Shown here: piece by piece, positions 62,688-64,000 of the stretch | Layout: every line of letters begins with the position of its first letter | Position numbering within the stretch: position 1 is the stretch's first letter | Assembly: GCA_002189035.1 (NCBI GenBank) | Contig: NEEC01000019.1 | Location: 1,798,001 to 1,862,000, forward strand | Direction of reading: 5' to 3' | Length of the DNA: 64,000 nt | DNA from: Utricularia gibba | Taxonomy: Eukaryota; Plantae; Magnoliophyta | The notes under the pieces: generated by a model | Seen by the model: only the letters and a program-made list of their open reading frames with translations | What the model was told of the DNA's origin: nothing | Database searches by the model: none | Program-made: the position numbers and the translations under genes

Positions 62688-64000
62688 ATGAACGGCAACG
62701 GAAGTAGCATCGTGGAGACGGCGCTTGCTTCTCTCGGCCGTGGCTTCGATTACTCCTCCGATTTCAGGCTCCAATACTGCAAGGGCAATGAGAGGCTCAT
62801 CCTCGTCAACCATATCGATACGCGAGTTCTTCAAATCCCGGGCTTCGGATCGTATTCCGACGTCTCCGTCGACATTAAGGCCGGCAAGGGAGATCGCACG
62901 AGATACCAGTCCGATATCCTCTCCTTCACGAAGGTAAAAACAGAACACTATTATTCAATCTTTCTCTTGTGTAAATTTCAAATAGTTTGTGAAATTGGAT
63001 CAGATGTGCGAATTGTGCAACCAGAAGAGTTGCGTGCCGGGGAAGCTCCCGTCGGGGCAATTCAACTCGATGTTCGGGTACCAGTCGGGTGCGTGGGCGA
63101 AGGACGCGGAGCGGATGCGTGCCCTGGGGTTCGATGGATATTTCATCGAGCTCTTCAACCTTCGTCTCGATCGGTACCCGTTGATTGTTACGGACCAGGT
63201 ACGGAACGACGTTCCTCCTACGTGGGACCCCCCTGCTCTCGCAAGGTAACACACATCAATCACGGAGCAGTGCTACTAGTCAAAAATTGGCGTATATCTT
63301 CTCACAGAGTCAAATATTGAAACCTTGAGATCTTGAAAAACTTCATCACTTGTCGCGGCTTTTATTCGTCTTTTTGTTTATTTTCTAAAAATCCAGTTTC
63401 GGATTTCATTATTTTTCAAATTAGGCGGCCAAACTGGTACAATAATTCAAGTTTTTATCTTATTTTCACAGGTTAATTGCTCGTGGAATTAGTAGGCAAA
63501 ATTTTGTGTGTTTTATTGGAGGTTTTGATAAATGTGATGATGATGATGATCTTTGGATGCCAGATTCATAGACAAGTATGGGACTCATGTGATAGTTGGG
63601 GTGAGCATCGGCGGCCAGGACGTGGTTCTGGTGAAGCAAGACAACTCATCCCAACTCGACCCATCCCACCTCAAATCCCATCTCCACGATCTTGGCGACC
63701 AGCTCTTCAATGGCACCTGCCCTTTCTCCCCCGGAGGACCCAAACACAAGGTGTTTCTTTCTTTCCAGTACGCCAAAATATTGTTTTTTTTCTTTTTTTC
63801 TGGTGTTTCACCCCCTGAAACACAGATTCCGACGGCCTTCCACGTGTTTGATCCGGAATGGGATCCACTACCGAACCACACCTCGATCACCAGCAAAGAT
63901 GTAAGCATGTACATTGGTTCCTTTGTTTCGGAAACCATTTGCTAACATTCTGCGCACTTGGCGTCAGGGGATTACCGTGCTGTGCCAAAGAAGAGGGGGA
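62688..64000 (+). CDS. MACPF domain-containing protein (NSL1/CAD1-related family), 5' partial; runs off the window
   Basis: Exons 62688-62933, 63004-63244, 63565-63750, 63825-63900, 63967-end. Motifs LGRGFDYSSDFRL, KGDRTRYQSDILSF, PSGQFNSMF, VPPTWDPPALARFIDKYGTHVIVGVSIGGQD. Confidence 0.9.

Overview
Gene-dense plant (eudicot) nuclear DNA with short introns. It holds 16 recognisable protein-coding genes, about one per 4 kb. In order: GRX-like CxxC protein (-), snurportin-1 (+), secreted LRR-only protein (-), SANT/DUF3755 protein (+), phytosulfokine receptor PSKR1 (+), TOM3/THH1 (-), conserved putative plastid protein (-), katanin p80 (+), IDD zinc finger (-), NPF8/PTR2 transporter (-), XRI1-like (+), SOS1 (-), AHK4/CRE1 (-), ZFP4/7-type C2H2-EAR protein (+), TMK receptor kinase (-) and the 5' part of a MACPF protein (+). 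No rRNA, tRNA, CRISPR or autonomous transposon was found; only small MITE/SINE-like remnants. Main points: (1) Six genes carry seven frameshifts, each repaired by adding one G/C to a G/C run. This is most likely an assembly artefact, not pseudogenisation. (2) An unannotated spliced locus at 9.0-10.1 kb looks like a decayed SOG1/SND2-clade NAC gene. (3) Katanin p80 has a U12-type minor intron, and there are three GC-AG introns. (4) A second unexplained spliced-looking unit lies between SOS1 and CRE1. (5) Gene order matches, from memory, the Arabidopsis PSKR1-TOM3-IDD-PTR2-SOS1-CRE1-TMK3 block. I did not find a convincing new biological system. All homology calls are from manual reading and recall, not database searches.
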